Positions 33,523 to 43,080 are shown, counted from the stretch's first letter. The stretch: 51,192 nt of DNA from an uncultured Burkholderiales bacterium (GCA_964424125.1 CAYRHS010000001.1:1-51192), one strand, 5' to 3'. Translations and numbers: made by a program. Notes: a model not told the origin generated them from the letters alone.

Positions 33523-34938
33523 TCAGCCCCTCTCCGGTCGGGCTTTCCAGAAGTAATTGTGCACCCCGTCGACCGACGAGATGCGGCGGAAGGTCATGTG
33601 CACGCGATCGCCGATCGCCACCGTGGCCGCGTCGACGTCGGTCAGCTCGCACTGGTAGCGGCCGCCACCGTCGAAGTCGAGCACCGCCGCGACCACGGGC
33701 GGGTTGAGCGACGGTGCGAGCCGATCGAGCGTGAACGTCGCCACCGTCGCCGGAACGTCGGCCAGCGGCTCGTCGACCATCTTGTCGACGGCCTTGCACT
33801 GCACGCAGACCCGTGACGGCGGCAGGTTCCGTGTGCCGCATTCGGTGCAACGGCTGGCCACGAACCCGAACTTCCAGTCCTCGCGGCGCAACGCGGGTGG
33901 GGCTGCGGGCGAGATCGGATCCGGTCGTCGCGGCTGCTCCCGCACCAGGGCCTCGCGCCACGTGAGGAACGTGGGATACGTCAGGTCGTCACGACCCGCC
34001 GCAACCTGCTCCGCCACCGCGGGCTGTGCCCGATGGTCGGCGAGCGCGTCCGTCGTTCGGAAGACGAGCACATCGGCGCCGTCGGCCAGGACCACGAGCG
34101 CGATCGTCTCGCCCGGCTCGGCGACGTCGAGGACGGAGCCGAGCAGCGTTGCGGGGTGCGCAGTGCCGGTGTTCCCCACGGTCTGGCCGAGGTCGTCGAC
34201 CGCGGCTTCCGGGCGGGCGCCGCTGCGCTTGAGCGTCGCACGGACGGCACGGGCCTGTGGGCCCGTCACGATCAGCCGATCGAGCGAGTCCGGCGTCGCG
34301 TCGGCCGCCTTCAACGCGTCGGTGACGGCACGCTCGGCCAGCGGCGCGTAGGCGAACTCGCCGAAGCGCTCTTCCCACACGTTGGAATACCGACGCCCCG
34401 GCACCCGCCACCGATCCATGAACTCTGCGGTCGCGGAGCCACTGCCCACGAGCTCGGCCAGGACCGGCGCCTCGCCGCCCTCCGGGCCGCAGACGATCGC
34501 AGCGGCACCGTCGCCCCCGTCACGTTCGTCGGCGCCACCTGCCCGCCCGGTCCGCATGTCGGAGGTGACGACCATCGTCGTGTGATTCGCGTCGAGCGCG
34601 ATCCGCAGCGCCCCCACTCCCGAGCGCACGGCACCACCGAAGTCGTATGCCGCGGTGACCTCCGGCAACCCGAGCGCGACGTGCACCGCGCTCGCGTTGG
34701 TCTTGTCCAGGTACGCGGGGCTTGCCGTGGCGAAGGCGAGCACGTCGGGAACGACCGAGTCGGGCAGGCCCCGCAACGCGATCCGGCCCGCTTCGACGCC
34801 CATCGTCGTCGTGTCCTCGTCGTACGAGGCCACGGCGCGCGTGCCCGGCGCCGGGACGGTCCCCAACGACTCGGCGATCGCGCTACGCGGGAGACGGAAG
34901 AAGGGGATGTAGGACCCGTACGCCAAGATCCCAGCCAT
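33523..34938 (-). CDS. HMG-CoA-synthase-like domain fused to DUF35 (zinc ribbon + OB fold)
   Basis: 471 aa. N-domain has YGSYIPFFRL, SYDEDTTTMGVEAG and GDGAAAIV. C-domain has CTECGTRNLPPSRVCVQC followed by an OB-fold-like region. Only 3 nt separate it from the thiolase gene. Confidence 0.8.
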   Translation of the reverse strand: MAGILAYGSYIPFFRLPRSAIAESLGTVPAPGTRAVASYDEDTTTMGVEAGRIALRGLPDSVVPDVLAFATASPAYLDKTNASAVHVALGLPEVTAAYDFGGAVRSGVGALRIALDANHTTMVVTSDMRTGRAGGADERDGGDGAAAIVCGPEGGEAPVLAELVGSGSATAEFMDRWRVPGRRYSNVWEERFGEFAYAPLAERAVTDALKAADATPDSLDRLIVTGPQARAVRATLKRSGARPEAAVDDLGQTVGNTGTAHPATLLGSVLDVAEPGETIALVVLADGADVLVFRTTDALADHRAQPAVAEQVAAGRDDLTYPTFLTWREALVREQPRRPDPISPAAPPALRREDWKFGFVASRCTECGTRNLPPSRVCVQCKAVDKMVDEPLADVPATVATFTLDRLAPSLNPPVVAAVLDFDGGGRYQCELTDVDAATVAIGDRVHMTFRRISSVDGVHNYFWKARPERG

Positions 34939-34977
34939 GCATGACCTCTCGATCGCGGATGCGTCGCGCTCCTCAGT

Positions 34978-34994
34978 GTAAACAGGCGTTCACA
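34978..34994 (-). promoter_or_regulatory. operator-like motif copy 4, degenerate (TGTGAACGCCTGTTTAC on the minus strand)
   Basis: Lies 40 nt upstream of the HMGS-like/DUF35 start. 12/17 match to the consensus, with the left arm intact. Confidence 0.3.
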
Positions 34995-35012
34995 GGGACG
35001 GCCAAGCGCGGA

Positions 35013-36530
35013 TCAGGCGACGGCGTCGTCGCCCGCAGACCGGGTGACGCGACCCTCCGTCGATTCGGCCGACTTCGACGACTTCGCCGGGTCGGTCTTT
35101 TTGCCTTTGGAGCCGCTCGCCTTCGTCTTGCGGAGCGCCTTTGCGGCCTTGCGGAGCTCGCGTAGCGCCACGGGGATGCCGTCGGCGATCCGCGAGGGCT
35201 CGGGGACCGCCTCGCGGCAGGCCAGGAAGCCGAAGTCGATCGTGTCGATGTAGCTGACCACCGTCGCGTTCAGGCCGCTGCCGTAGAGCAGGGGCCCCAT
35301 CGGCCACAGCGCCTCGAGCTTCATCCCGGCGACGTAGAGCGGGAACGGCGGGCCGGGTACGTTCGAGATGATGAGGTTGTAGACGGGCGGGACCTGGCCC
35401 TCGAGGCCGGCCCCGGTGTAGGTCCGAGCCGCGAGCGCGAGCAGACCCGGTGGCGTGGTGTCGGTGAGGTTCATGATCTTCGTGGCCGCCATCGCGCGCT
35501 GCATCTCCTTCGAGGCCTGGGTGCCCCGATGGATCGCCCGGAGCCGGTCGGCGGGGTCCGCGACGTCGGTCGCCAGCGACGTGAACATCGCTCCGACCTT
35601 GGTCCCGACCGCTTCTTTCGACTCGTCGGTGTGCAGCGACACGGGGACCTGGGCGACGAGCGGGTCGGCGGGGAGCTCGTTGCCGGCTTCGAGGTACCGG
35701 CGGAGCGCACCGGCACAGAGCGCGAGCACGACGTCGTTGAGCTTGACGCCGAACGCGTCCTTGATCGCCTTCACGTCGTCGAGCGGGACGGAGCTGTACG
35801 CGAAGCGGCGGTGGGGGCTGATGACCCGGTTGATCGACGTGCGTGGGGCACGGAACGGCGCCGCGGGCGATTCGTCCCGGCGCATGAAGCTGGCGAACGT
35901 CTGCCCCTGCCGTGCGAGCTGGGGGACGAACCTCGCGATGCGCCACGGCGTCACGACGGTCCGACCGAGGCCCCGGAGGAACAGCTCCGCGCCGCTCGGG
36001 ACCCGCTCGGACCGCGTCGACCGTGCGGGCGGCACCTCGCCGGGTGGCGGGTCCGGCTCGAGGTCGAAGAGCTTGTCGAAGAGCCCGACACCCGTGACGC
36101 CGTCGATGATCGCGTGATGGATCTTGGCCAGCATCGCGATGCGGCCGCCCTCCATCCCCTCGATGACCCAGAACTCCCAGAGCGGGTGGGCCCGGTCGAG
36201 CCGGTAGCTCACGAGGTCCCCCACGAGGTTCCCGAGCTCTTCGGACCCGCCCGGCGGCGGGACCGCGATGCGCCGCAGGTGGTAGTCGAGGTCGAAGTCG
36301 GGGTCCTGGACGAAGACCGGGTTGTCGAGCCCGAAGGGCACCTCCAGCAGCTTCCACGTGAACTGGGGCGCGAGATGGAGCCGGCTGGCGAAGGCGTCGC
36401 GGAGGCGATCGAAGCTGTAGCCGTGGGGTGAGGTGGAAGGGTCGAGCACGACGACGCCCGACACGTGCATGAGCCACGAGTTCGTCTCCCCGTACAGGAA
36501 GGCCGCGTCCACCCCGCTCGCCCGATGCAT
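35013..36530 (-). CDS. wax ester synthase/diacylglycerol acyltransferase (WS/DGAT)
   Basis: Trimmed to ATG 36530. HHAIIDG active-site motif. Lys-rich C-terminal tail. Confidence 0.85.
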   Translation of the reverse strand: MHRASGVDAAFLYGETNSWLMHVSGVVVLDPSTSPHGYSFDRLRDAFASRLHLAPQFTWKLLEVPFGLDNPVFVQDPDFDLDYHLRRIAVPPPGGSEELGNLVGDLVSYRLDRAHPLWEFWVIEGMEGGRIAMLAKIHHAIIDGVTGVGLFDKLFDLEPDPPPGEVPPARSTRSERVPSGAELFLRGLGRTVVTPWRIARFVPQLARQGQTFASFMRRDESPAAPFRAPRTSINRVISPHRRFAYSSVPLDDVKAIKDAFGVKLNDVVLALCAGALRRYLEAGNELPADPLVAQVPVSLHTDESKEAVGTKVGAMFTSLATDVADPADRLRAIHRGTQASKEMQRAMAATKIMNLTDTTPPGLLALAARTYTGAGLEGQVPPVYNLIISNVPGPPFPLYVAGMKLEALWPMGPLLYGSGLNATVVSYIDTIDFGFLACREAVPEPSRIADGIPVALRELRKAAKALRKTKASGSKGKKTDPAKSSKSAESTEGRVTRSAGDDAVA

Positions 36531-36584
36531 CGCCGGTTCCCCCGCGCTCGTGGGTCGCCATCCTCCCACGCCCGGCGCGCGCAT

Positions 36585-37817
36585 TCAGAGCCCGACCGGG
36601 CCCGCACAGTCCTCGCCCGAGACCGCTTGGGTGAAACCACCGGTCGTGGGTTGCGGCTCGCCCTCCGCATCGAGGCGGACGAGCAGCACACACCCCTGGA
36701 AGATGCGCGGCAGCCCGGCGACACCCCCTCGGGTGAAGTCGACCGGCGGAGCGAGCCCGGCCGGGTCGGCCGAGACGGCGGTCTCGAGCACCTCGAGGAG
36801 CTCGCCGCCCGTCGTCGCCCCCGAGGCCCGGAGCAGATCGGCCACCATGACGACCGCGGCATAGGTCCGCTCACGCGCCCCGCCGAGCTCCTCGACCCCG
36901 CTCGCGGCCATCGTCTCGACGAAGCCGTCGGTGAGTGGCGTTCCGAGGTCGACCGGAACCACTTCGGCCGACCGGAGGATCCCCGCCGCGGCCGACCCCA
37001 GCGCGGCCACGACGTCGTCGACCTCGGTCGCCGCCAACCCGATCGTGACTGCGGGATCTCCCTCCCGCAGCCCGATCACCGCGTTCGTCGCCTGGAGGCC
37101 GGGCAGCCCCACGACCACGCCGTCCGCCCCCGAGGTCAGAGCGGCCGCGACGTAGGGCGACATGTCGACCGCACCGGGAGGGACCGGGACGTCGGCCGCG
37201 ACGGTTGCGCCGAACGGTCCCAGCACCATGCGCCCGAACTGCTGGATCGCGGCGCCGGCGGCGAAGTCGGGGCGCACGATCGCGACGCTCCGCGCCCCCG
37301 CCTCGGCGAGGGAGCGCAAGAGTGCGGCCGAGTCGACGACGAACCCGCCCCACGCGGGGAACGAGACCGGCGACGTGAAGTCGGCCGCCGAGGTCGGCGT
37401 GCCCCCCACGACGGGGACGTCGTTCGCCTCCATGAGCGGGAACCACTCGGCGGTCAGCAGCGACCACGAACCGGCGACCGCGACCGCACCCGCATCGATT
37501 GCCTCCCGTCCGCAGGCCGCGGCGGTGTTCGGGTCGTTGCGGGTGTCGCAGATCAGCGCTTCGAGTCGACGGCCGTCGACGCCGCCTTCGTCGTTCACTG
37601 CCGCGACCGTCGCCTCGACGGCCTCGGGAATCTCCGGGAGCGCGATCCCGGCCGAGAACTCGCCGATCGTGGCGATCATGATCGGCGGACCCATGGGTTC
37701 CTGCCCGCCGACAGAGTCGTGGACGGGCTCTGAGTCGTCCTCACCACCCCCACAGGCGGCGGCCACGAGGATGCAGGTCACGAGCACGGCCGCGATCTCA
37801 CGCCGTCCCCGGCTCAT
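36585..37817 (-). CDS. LivK-type (Peripla_BP_6-like) solute-binding lipoprotein, orphan
   Basis: Start ATG 37817 (alternative 37844). Lipobox VAAACGGG. About 45% identical by eye to the binding protein at 48476-49717. No permease is adjacent. Confidence 0.8.
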   Translation of the reverse strand: MSRGRREIAAVLVTCILVAAACGGGEDDSEPVHDSVGGQEPMGPPIMIATIGEFSAGIALPEIPEAVEATVAAVNDEGGVDGRRLEALICDTRNDPNTAAACGREAIDAGAVAVAGSWSLLTAEWFPLMEANDVPVVGGTPTSAADFTSPVSFPAWGGFVVDSAALLRSLAEAGARSVAIVRPDFAAGAAIQQFGRMVLGPFGATVAADVPVPPGAVDMSPYVAAALTSGADGVVVGLPGLQATNAVIGLREGDPAVTIGLAATEVDDVVAALGSAAAGILRSAEVVPVDLGTPLTDGFVETMAASGVEELGGARERTYAAVVMVADLLRASGATTGGELLEVLETAVSADPAGLAPPVDFTRGGVAGLPRIFQGCVLLVRLDAEGEPQPTTGGFTQAVSGEDCAGPVGL

Positions 37818-37882
37818 GTGCGTCGGCTTTGCCACGAGGGCCATCGCACGCTCCAGGTGGTCTCGGCTTCCCGACCGCGCCC

Positions 37883-39721
37883 CTACCCTGGCGCCCGCCG
37901 CCGCCGCAGCTCGAACGCGAGCGCCAGCTTCGCCACGCCCAGGGCCAGGAGCCCGAGGGCCGTCGCCCAGAACACGAGCACGACACCGGGCTCGTACGCC
38001 CACACGAGCGACCAGTTCGCCTCCATGAGCCGGGGCACCCCGAGCAGGAGGATCGGAAGCGCGAGGTTGACGGCCAGTCCCCCGACGACGGCCCGGACCA
38101 TCCGACCCCGGCCGCCGGAACGTGTTCGAATACGTCGGCGTCCGAGGCCGGCGGCATCGCCGACGACCAGTGCGACGAGCGCGACGCTGACGAGCCCCAC
38201 GACCACCAGGTTCCACGCCGCCCGGCCGCCGACGGTGGGCGCGAGGTCTTCCCCCGTGACGATCGCGAGCGCGCCGTCCGCGATCGGCGGTGCCGGCTGG
38301 GCGAACGCCGCTTGTCGGTTCACCAGCACGACCACGCCCCAGCCGGTGTCCGGTCGGAGCCGCATCCCCGCCGAGAACTGGGGCGCGGTGCCGTCGTGGC
38401 CGATCGTGACCGTGCCGTCGTCCTCGTCCACGTCGCGAGCCCAGCCGAGGCCGTAGAACGAGGTCGGGTCCTCGTCGTCGGGATCGGTGGGCACGACCTC
38501 CTCGTGGAGGGCGCGGATCCCCTCGGCGGACAGCACCTGAGCGTCACCGAGACGGCCGTCGTTCAGCTGTGCGATCAGGTAGGCGGCCATGTCGGCCGCC
38601 GACGACGAGATGCCCCCCATCGGCACCGCACCGTCGATGATGGTCGTGCCGAACGGCAGCGGGGCGCCCCACCAGTCCCGATAGCCCGTCGCGAGCCCCG
38701 AGGCGTGCGCGTCGTCGTTGCCGGCTGAGGTCGAGGTCATCCCGAGCGGCGCGAAGACCTTCTCCTCCATGTACTCCTCGTAGGGCCTCCCGGTCACGGC
38801 CTCGACGATCGCACCGGCGACCTGGAAGTTGACGTTCGAGTAGCGCCACTCGGTGCCGGGCGGATCGTGGAGCTCGTAGTCGGCTGCCTTGCGCACGTCC
38901 TCCTCGATGGAGTGCTGCGTGTTGCGCTCGATGAGGTTCCAACCCTGCGGCGTCGTGAACCCGCTGGTCTGGTTCAGGAGCTGCCGCACGGTCATGGTTG
39001 CGGACGCCTCCTCGTCGGCGACCTCGAACCAGGGAAGGTACTCCTGCACGGGGGCATCGAGATCCACCTCCCCTGCCTCGACCAGCTGCAGGACCGCGAG
39101 CGCGGTGAAGCCCTTGCTGACCGAGGCCATGACGAACGACGTGTCGGGCGTGATGGGCTCCCGGTCCGGCCCCGCGACCCCGTAGCCCCGCACGACGGCG
39201 GGTCGGTCGCCGTGCACCACCGCGACCGCGAGGCCGGGCAGCCGGAAAGCCTCGAGCTCGCCACGCAGGAAGTCCTCGAGCGCTGCGACCTGCTCGCTCG
39301 ACAGACCCGACGCCTCGGCCTCCTCGTCGCCCGTTCCCGTGACCGGGACGTCGGGCCCGGGCAGGAGCGGGGCGACGACCAGGCCGAGCACGAGCGCGCA
39401 CGTCGTGATGAGCCGCCCCCACCGGTCGTCCGTGCTCGCCGCGAGCCAGGCGAGCGCGCTCCCGAGCAACGCGTATCCGGCGAAGACGAGGAACCGCAGC
39501 CAACGGCCGTCGGGTGCGGACGCGGCGCCGACCGCGGCCAGGAAGAGTGCCAGCCATCCCCCCACGGCCGCCGAACGCGGCCGCGCCCACCAGCCGACCG
39601 CGGCCAACGCCACGGCCCCCGGGAGCACGAGCCACCAACGCAATCCCACCGCGCCCGCGAGCACACCCGCCGACCCCGCCAGGAGCACCACAGCCCAGAC
39701 CCGGAGCCGGCGGCGCGTCAC
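37883..39721 (-). CDS. polytopic membrane protein with central beta-lactamase-fold serine hydrolase domain
   Basis: 612 aa. About 4 N-terminal and 3-4 C-terminal TM helices. SxxK as ASVSKGFTALAV. Confidence 0.8.
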   Translation of the reverse strand: MTRRRLRVWAVVLLAGSAGVLAGAVGLRWWLVLPGAVALAAVGWWARPRSAAVGGWLALFLAAVGAASAPDGRWLRFLVFAGYALLGSALAWLAASTDDRWGRLITTCALVLGLVVAPLLPGPDVPVTGTGDEEAEASGLSSEQVAALEDFLRGELEAFRLPGLAVAVVHGDRPAVVRGYGVAGPDREPITPDTSFVMASVSKGFTALAVLQLVEAGEVDLDAPVQEYLPWFEVADEEASATMTVRQLLNQTSGFTTPQGWNLIERNTQHSIEEDVRKAADYELHDPPGTEWRYSNVNFQVAGAIVEAVTGRPYEEYMEEKVFAPLGMTSTSAGNDDAHASGLATGYRDWWGAPLPFGTTIIDGAVPMGGISSSAADMAAYLIAQLNDGRLGDAQVLSAEGIRALHEEVVPTDPDDEDPTSFYGLGWARDVDEDDGTVTIGHDGTAPQFSAGMRLRPDTGWGVVVLVNRQAAFAQPAPPIADGALAIVTGEDLAPTVGGRAAWNLVVVGLVSVALVALVVGDAAGLGRRRIRTRSGGRGRMVRAVVGGLAVNLALPILLLGVPRLMEANWSLVWAYEPGVVLVFWATALGLLALGVAKLALAFELRRRRAPG

Positions 39722-39728
39722 GTCAGGC

Positions 39729-41321
39729 TCAGCCGTCGGTGACGTATCTGCCGCGCCGTCGGTCCCATGTGCGCTCGTTGAGCGCGCCGTCGCGCAGCTC
39801 CGTCTTCTTCACCCGCTGCGTCGGCGTCTTCGGGAGCTCGTCGACGAACTCCACGTAGCGCGGGAACATGAATTTCGGCATCCTCGGCTCGAGGAACTCG
39901 AGCAGCTCCGTTTCGCCGAAGTCCTGACCCTCGTGGCGAACGACGAGCACTTTCACCTCGTCCTCGCCCGCACCGAACTCCGAAGGAGCCGCGATCGCCG
40001 CCACCTCCATGACGCCGAGGTGCTCGCGCACGTGCCCCTCGACCTCGAGCGACGAGATGTTCTCGCCGCCCTTGCGCATCGCGTCCTTGAGGCGGTCGAC
40101 GAAGTAGAAGTTGCCGTCGGCGTCGCGGCGGAATCCGTCACCGGTATGGAACCAACCGTTCCGCCATGCCTCCGCGGTCTTCTCCGGCATGCGCCAGTAC
40201 CCGGCGTTGAGCTCCCACGGCTGGTCCGAGCGGATGACGAGCTCCCCGCTCTCGCCGTGCGGGACCTCCTCGTCGTGGCCGTCGACGATCCGCACCTCGT
40301 AGCCCGCACGCACCCTCCCGCACGACCGCCAGTCGACCCGCTGGTCCGGGCCGATGTAGAGCGGCGCGCCGATCTCGGTCATGCCGTAGCCCGTGAAGAT
40401 CCGGACGCCGAAGCGGCGCTCGAACTGCTCGACCTCGGGGAAGAGCGGGCCGGTCTGGATCATGGTGAGCGGGTTGTCGGCGTCGTCCGGCTGCTCGGGA
40501 AGCGTCAGCAGCAATTGCGCCATCACGCCGATGAGGCCAGTGGTGTCGCAGTCGAACTTCCTGACGTCGGCCCAGAACTCGCTCAGGCTGAAGACCTCGC
40601 GCAAGACCGCACGCGCCCCCGCCAGCGCCGTCGTGTACACGAGCGCCTTGCCGCCGACGTGAAAGCTGGGCAGCGTCGCGTAGTACGCCTTCGTCGACCG
40701 GAGGTAGTCGGGCGGCGAGGCGTTCGGGAACTGGTGGAGCTCGGCCCACGGCACGAGGACTCCCTTCGACGGACCGGTCGTTCCCGACGTGTAGATGATG
40801 CAGGCGATGTCGTAGTGCTCGGGATCGGGGAGGTCGGTCGCCGGCGCGGCGCCGGCGAAGAACTCGTCGGGCCCGACGATCCGGGGACCGAGGTCGGGCG
40901 TTTCGTCCGAGAGATCGGGGACGATGATCCGGTCGAGCTGGCCGAGCCGAGATGGCGGCACCTCGGCGAACTGCGGGAGGTAGCGCTCGGCGCACACGAG
41001 CACCCGCGCCTGCGAGTTCTCGATGAGGTACTCGAGCATCCGGCCCCGATAGGCCGTGTTCAGCGGCACCTCGAGCGCGCGGAGCCAGGCCGTCCCCAGC
41101 CAGCAGTAGAACGACTCGAAACCGTTCGGGAACATCGTGAGCACGGTGTTGCCCGCCTCGACACCCTGGCGTCGGAGCGCGTCCGCCCAGGTGAGGTTGG
41201 TCTCGTGGAACTCCCCGTAGGTGGCTTCACGACCGGCGACGTCCTGGAGAGCGATCGCACCCGCGTCTTCGTCGGCTCGAGCCGAGACGGTATGCGGGAG
41301 GATCCGATCCCGCTCGAGCAC
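39729..41321 (-). CDS. acyl-CoA ligase (AMP-dependent synthetase family, distinct subfamily)
   Basis: 530 aa. GTG 41321. YTSGTTGPSKGV, GYGMTE, HTGDGFRRDADGNFYFVDRLKD. Confidence 0.85.
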   Translation of the reverse strand: MLERDRILPHTVSARADEDAGAIALQDVAGREATYGEFHETNLTWADALRRQGVEAGNTVLTMFPNGFESFYCWLGTAWLRALEVPLNTAYRGRMLEYLIENSQARVLVCAERYLPQFAEVPPSRLGQLDRIIVPDLSDETPDLGPRIVGPDEFFAGAAPATDLPDPEHYDIACIIYTSGTTGPSKGVLVPWAELHQFPNASPPDYLRSTKAYYATLPSFHVGGKALVYTTALAGARAVLREVFSLSEFWADVRKFDCDTTGLIGVMAQLLLTLPEQPDDADNPLTMIQTGPLFPEVEQFERRFGVRIFTGYGMTEIGAPLYIGPDQRVDWRSCGRVRAGYEVRIVDGHDEEVPHGESGELVIRSDQPWELNAGYWRMPEKTAEAWRNGWFHTGDGFRRDADGNFYFVDRLKDAMRKGGENISSLEVEGHVREHLGVMEVAAIAAPSEFGAGEDEVKVLVVRHEGQDFGETELLEFLEPRMPKFMFPRYVEFVDELPKTPTQRVKKTELRDGALNERTWDRRRGRYVTDG

Positions 41322-41322
41322 C

Positions 41323-42183
41323 TCAGCCTCCGGAGGACAGCGGGTCGCGCAGCGCCTCGGGGAGGTCGACGTGCTTGCTCCCCTGCCACTTCGGGTCTCG
41401 CTTCTCGAGGTACGACATCACACCCTCGACCGCGTCGGGCTGCTCACCGACCCACCAGGTGATCTTCGTCTCTCGCTGCATCGCGGCGAGCCGATCGGTC
41501 TGGGTGAGGTTGTCGTACACGAGTCGCTTGACGAGCGCGGTCGCACCCGGCGCGGTGTGGACCGCGATCTCGCGCGCGAACTCCTGCGCCGCGCGCAGGA
41601 CGTCCTCACGCGGCAGCGACCGGGCGACGAGCCCGATGTCGGCGGCCTCGTACCCGCTGATCGTCCGGGCGCCGAGCATGAGCTCCAACGCCCGCGTCAC
41701 TCCGACCAGCCGCGGGAGGATCCACGTCGAGTTCGCCTCCGGGATGATCCCCCGCCGGGTGAACACGAAGGAGAGCTTGGCGTCCTCGGCCGCGTAGCAG
41801 ACGTCGAAGAGCAAGCTCATGGTCATCCCCACGCCGACCGCGGCGCCGTTGATGGCACCGATGACGGGCGTGCTCAGGTTCCAGAGCGCCCATTTCTCGG
41901 CGATCTGGTCCGAGTCGACGCCGAGCTCCTGGTCGTGGGCCTCGTGCGTCTCGCGCCCGAACGCGTCGCCACCACCCGAGAGGTCGAAGCCCGCGCAGAA
42001 CGCCTTGCCCGCGCCGGTGACGACGATGGCGCGAACCGCCTCGTCGGCATCGAGCTTCGCGAAGGCGTCCGAGAGCTCACCGTCCATCGTGAAGTTGATG
42101 GCGTTGCGCTGCTCGGGCCGGTTGAGGGTGATGGTGGCGACACCGACGTCGTCGACCTCGCAGAGGATGGTCTCGTAAGCCAC
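41323..42183 (-). CDS. enoyl-CoA hydratase/isomerase family protein (long-tail subtype)
   Basis: 286 aa. Paralog of 28588-29460 (VATITLNRPEQRNAI, INGAAVGVG, tail WQGSKHVDLP). Confidence 0.9.
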   Translation of the reverse strand: MAYETILCEVDDVGVATITLNRPEQRNAINFTMDGELSDAFAKLDADEAVRAIVVTGAGKAFCAGFDLSGGGDAFGRETHEAHDQELGVDSDQIAEKWALWNLSTPVIGAINGAAVGVGMTMSLLFDVCYAAEDAKLSFVFTRRGIIPEANSTWILPRLVGVTRALELMLGARTISGYEAADIGLVARSLPREDVLRAAQEFAREIAVHTAPGATALVKRLVYDNLTQTDRLAAMQRETKITWWVGEQPDAVEGVMSYLEKRDPKWQGSKHVDLPEALRDPLSSGG

Positions 42184-42202
42184 GTGCTGCTCCTACCTCG
42201 TT

Positions 42203-43042
42203 CTATTCTCCTGTGAATTCGGGCTCGCGTCCCGCCATGAACGCGCTGACGGCTTCGGCGTGGTCCTTGGTCTCGAACAGTCCCACAAGCGTCCGCGAGA
42301 TGTACTCGCCCAGGCCGGCCAGGTCCGCGTACGTCATGAGCGTTCCCTTGGCGAGCCCGGCCTTGATCGCGCGCAGGGCCTCGGGCGGCTTCGACGCGAT
42401 CTTCGCCGCGAGCGCCTGCGCTTCGTCGACGAGCTCACCGGCGTCTACGACACGAGAGACGAGTCCGATCCGCTCCGCCTCCGTTGCGTCCACCAGGTCG
42501 CCCGTGAACAAGAGCTCCGCCGCCTTGGACGGACCCACAAGCTGCGGAAGGCGACGCAGGCTCGCGAAGTCGGCGACGAGGTTGAAGTTCACGTACAGCC
42601 CCCCGAAACGCGCGTACTGGTTCGCGAGCCGGATGTCGGCGACGAGCGCGAGATCCATGCCGACGCCCACAGCGACACCGTTGACCGCGGCGACGAGCGG
42701 CTTCTCGAACTCGAGCACCCGCAACGTCTCCGGCGTGGGACGGGGGATCGCCTTCTTCAGCGGCGCGAGCCCGCGCTGGAGGTTCTCCTCCTGCCACGCC
42801 TCGTTGACGTCATCCCCCGCGCAGAACGCCTTCCCGGCGCCGGTAAGAACGGCGCAGCGGACGTCGTCGCTCGCTTCCGCCTTTCGCAGAGCCGCGTCGA
42901 GCTGCTCTCCGACCTCCAGCGTCAGCGCGTTCATGGCGTCGGGCCGGTTCAGGGTGATCGTGGCCACCTGCCCGTCGACCTCGTAGCACACGAGCTCCGC
43001 GCCCACCGCTCCTCCTCGTCTCCAGATGACCGCGCCGGTCAC
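42203..43042 (-). CDS. enoyl-CoA hydratase/isomerase family protein
   Basis: 279 aa. GTG 43042. Paralog of 29536-30333 (VATITLNRPDAMNAL, TGAGKAFCAGDD, KDHAEAVSAFMAGREPEF). Confidence 0.85.
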   Translation of the reverse strand: MTGAVIWRRGGAVGAELVCYEVDGQVATITLNRPDAMNALTLEVGEQLDAALRKAEASDDVRCAVLTGAGKAFCAGDDVNEAWQEENLQRGLAPLKKAIPRPTPETLRVLEFEKPLVAAVNGVAVGVGMDLALVADIRLANQYARFGGLYVNFNLVADFASLRRLPQLVGPSKAAELLFTGDLVDATEAERIGLVSRVVDAGELVDEAQALAAKIASKPPEALRAIKAGLAKGTLMTYADLAGLGEYISRTLVGLFETKDHAEAVSAFMAGREPEFTGE

Positions 43043-43064
43043 CGTCGTCGTTGGACCAGAGGAC

Positions 43065-43080
43065 GTTAACTCAGGTTAAC
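43065..43080. promoter_or_regulatory. AT-rich palindrome GTTAAC-TCAG-GTTAAC
   Basis: Occupies the centre of the 42-bp gap between divergent start codons 43042 (-) and 43085 (+). Confidence 0.35.
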
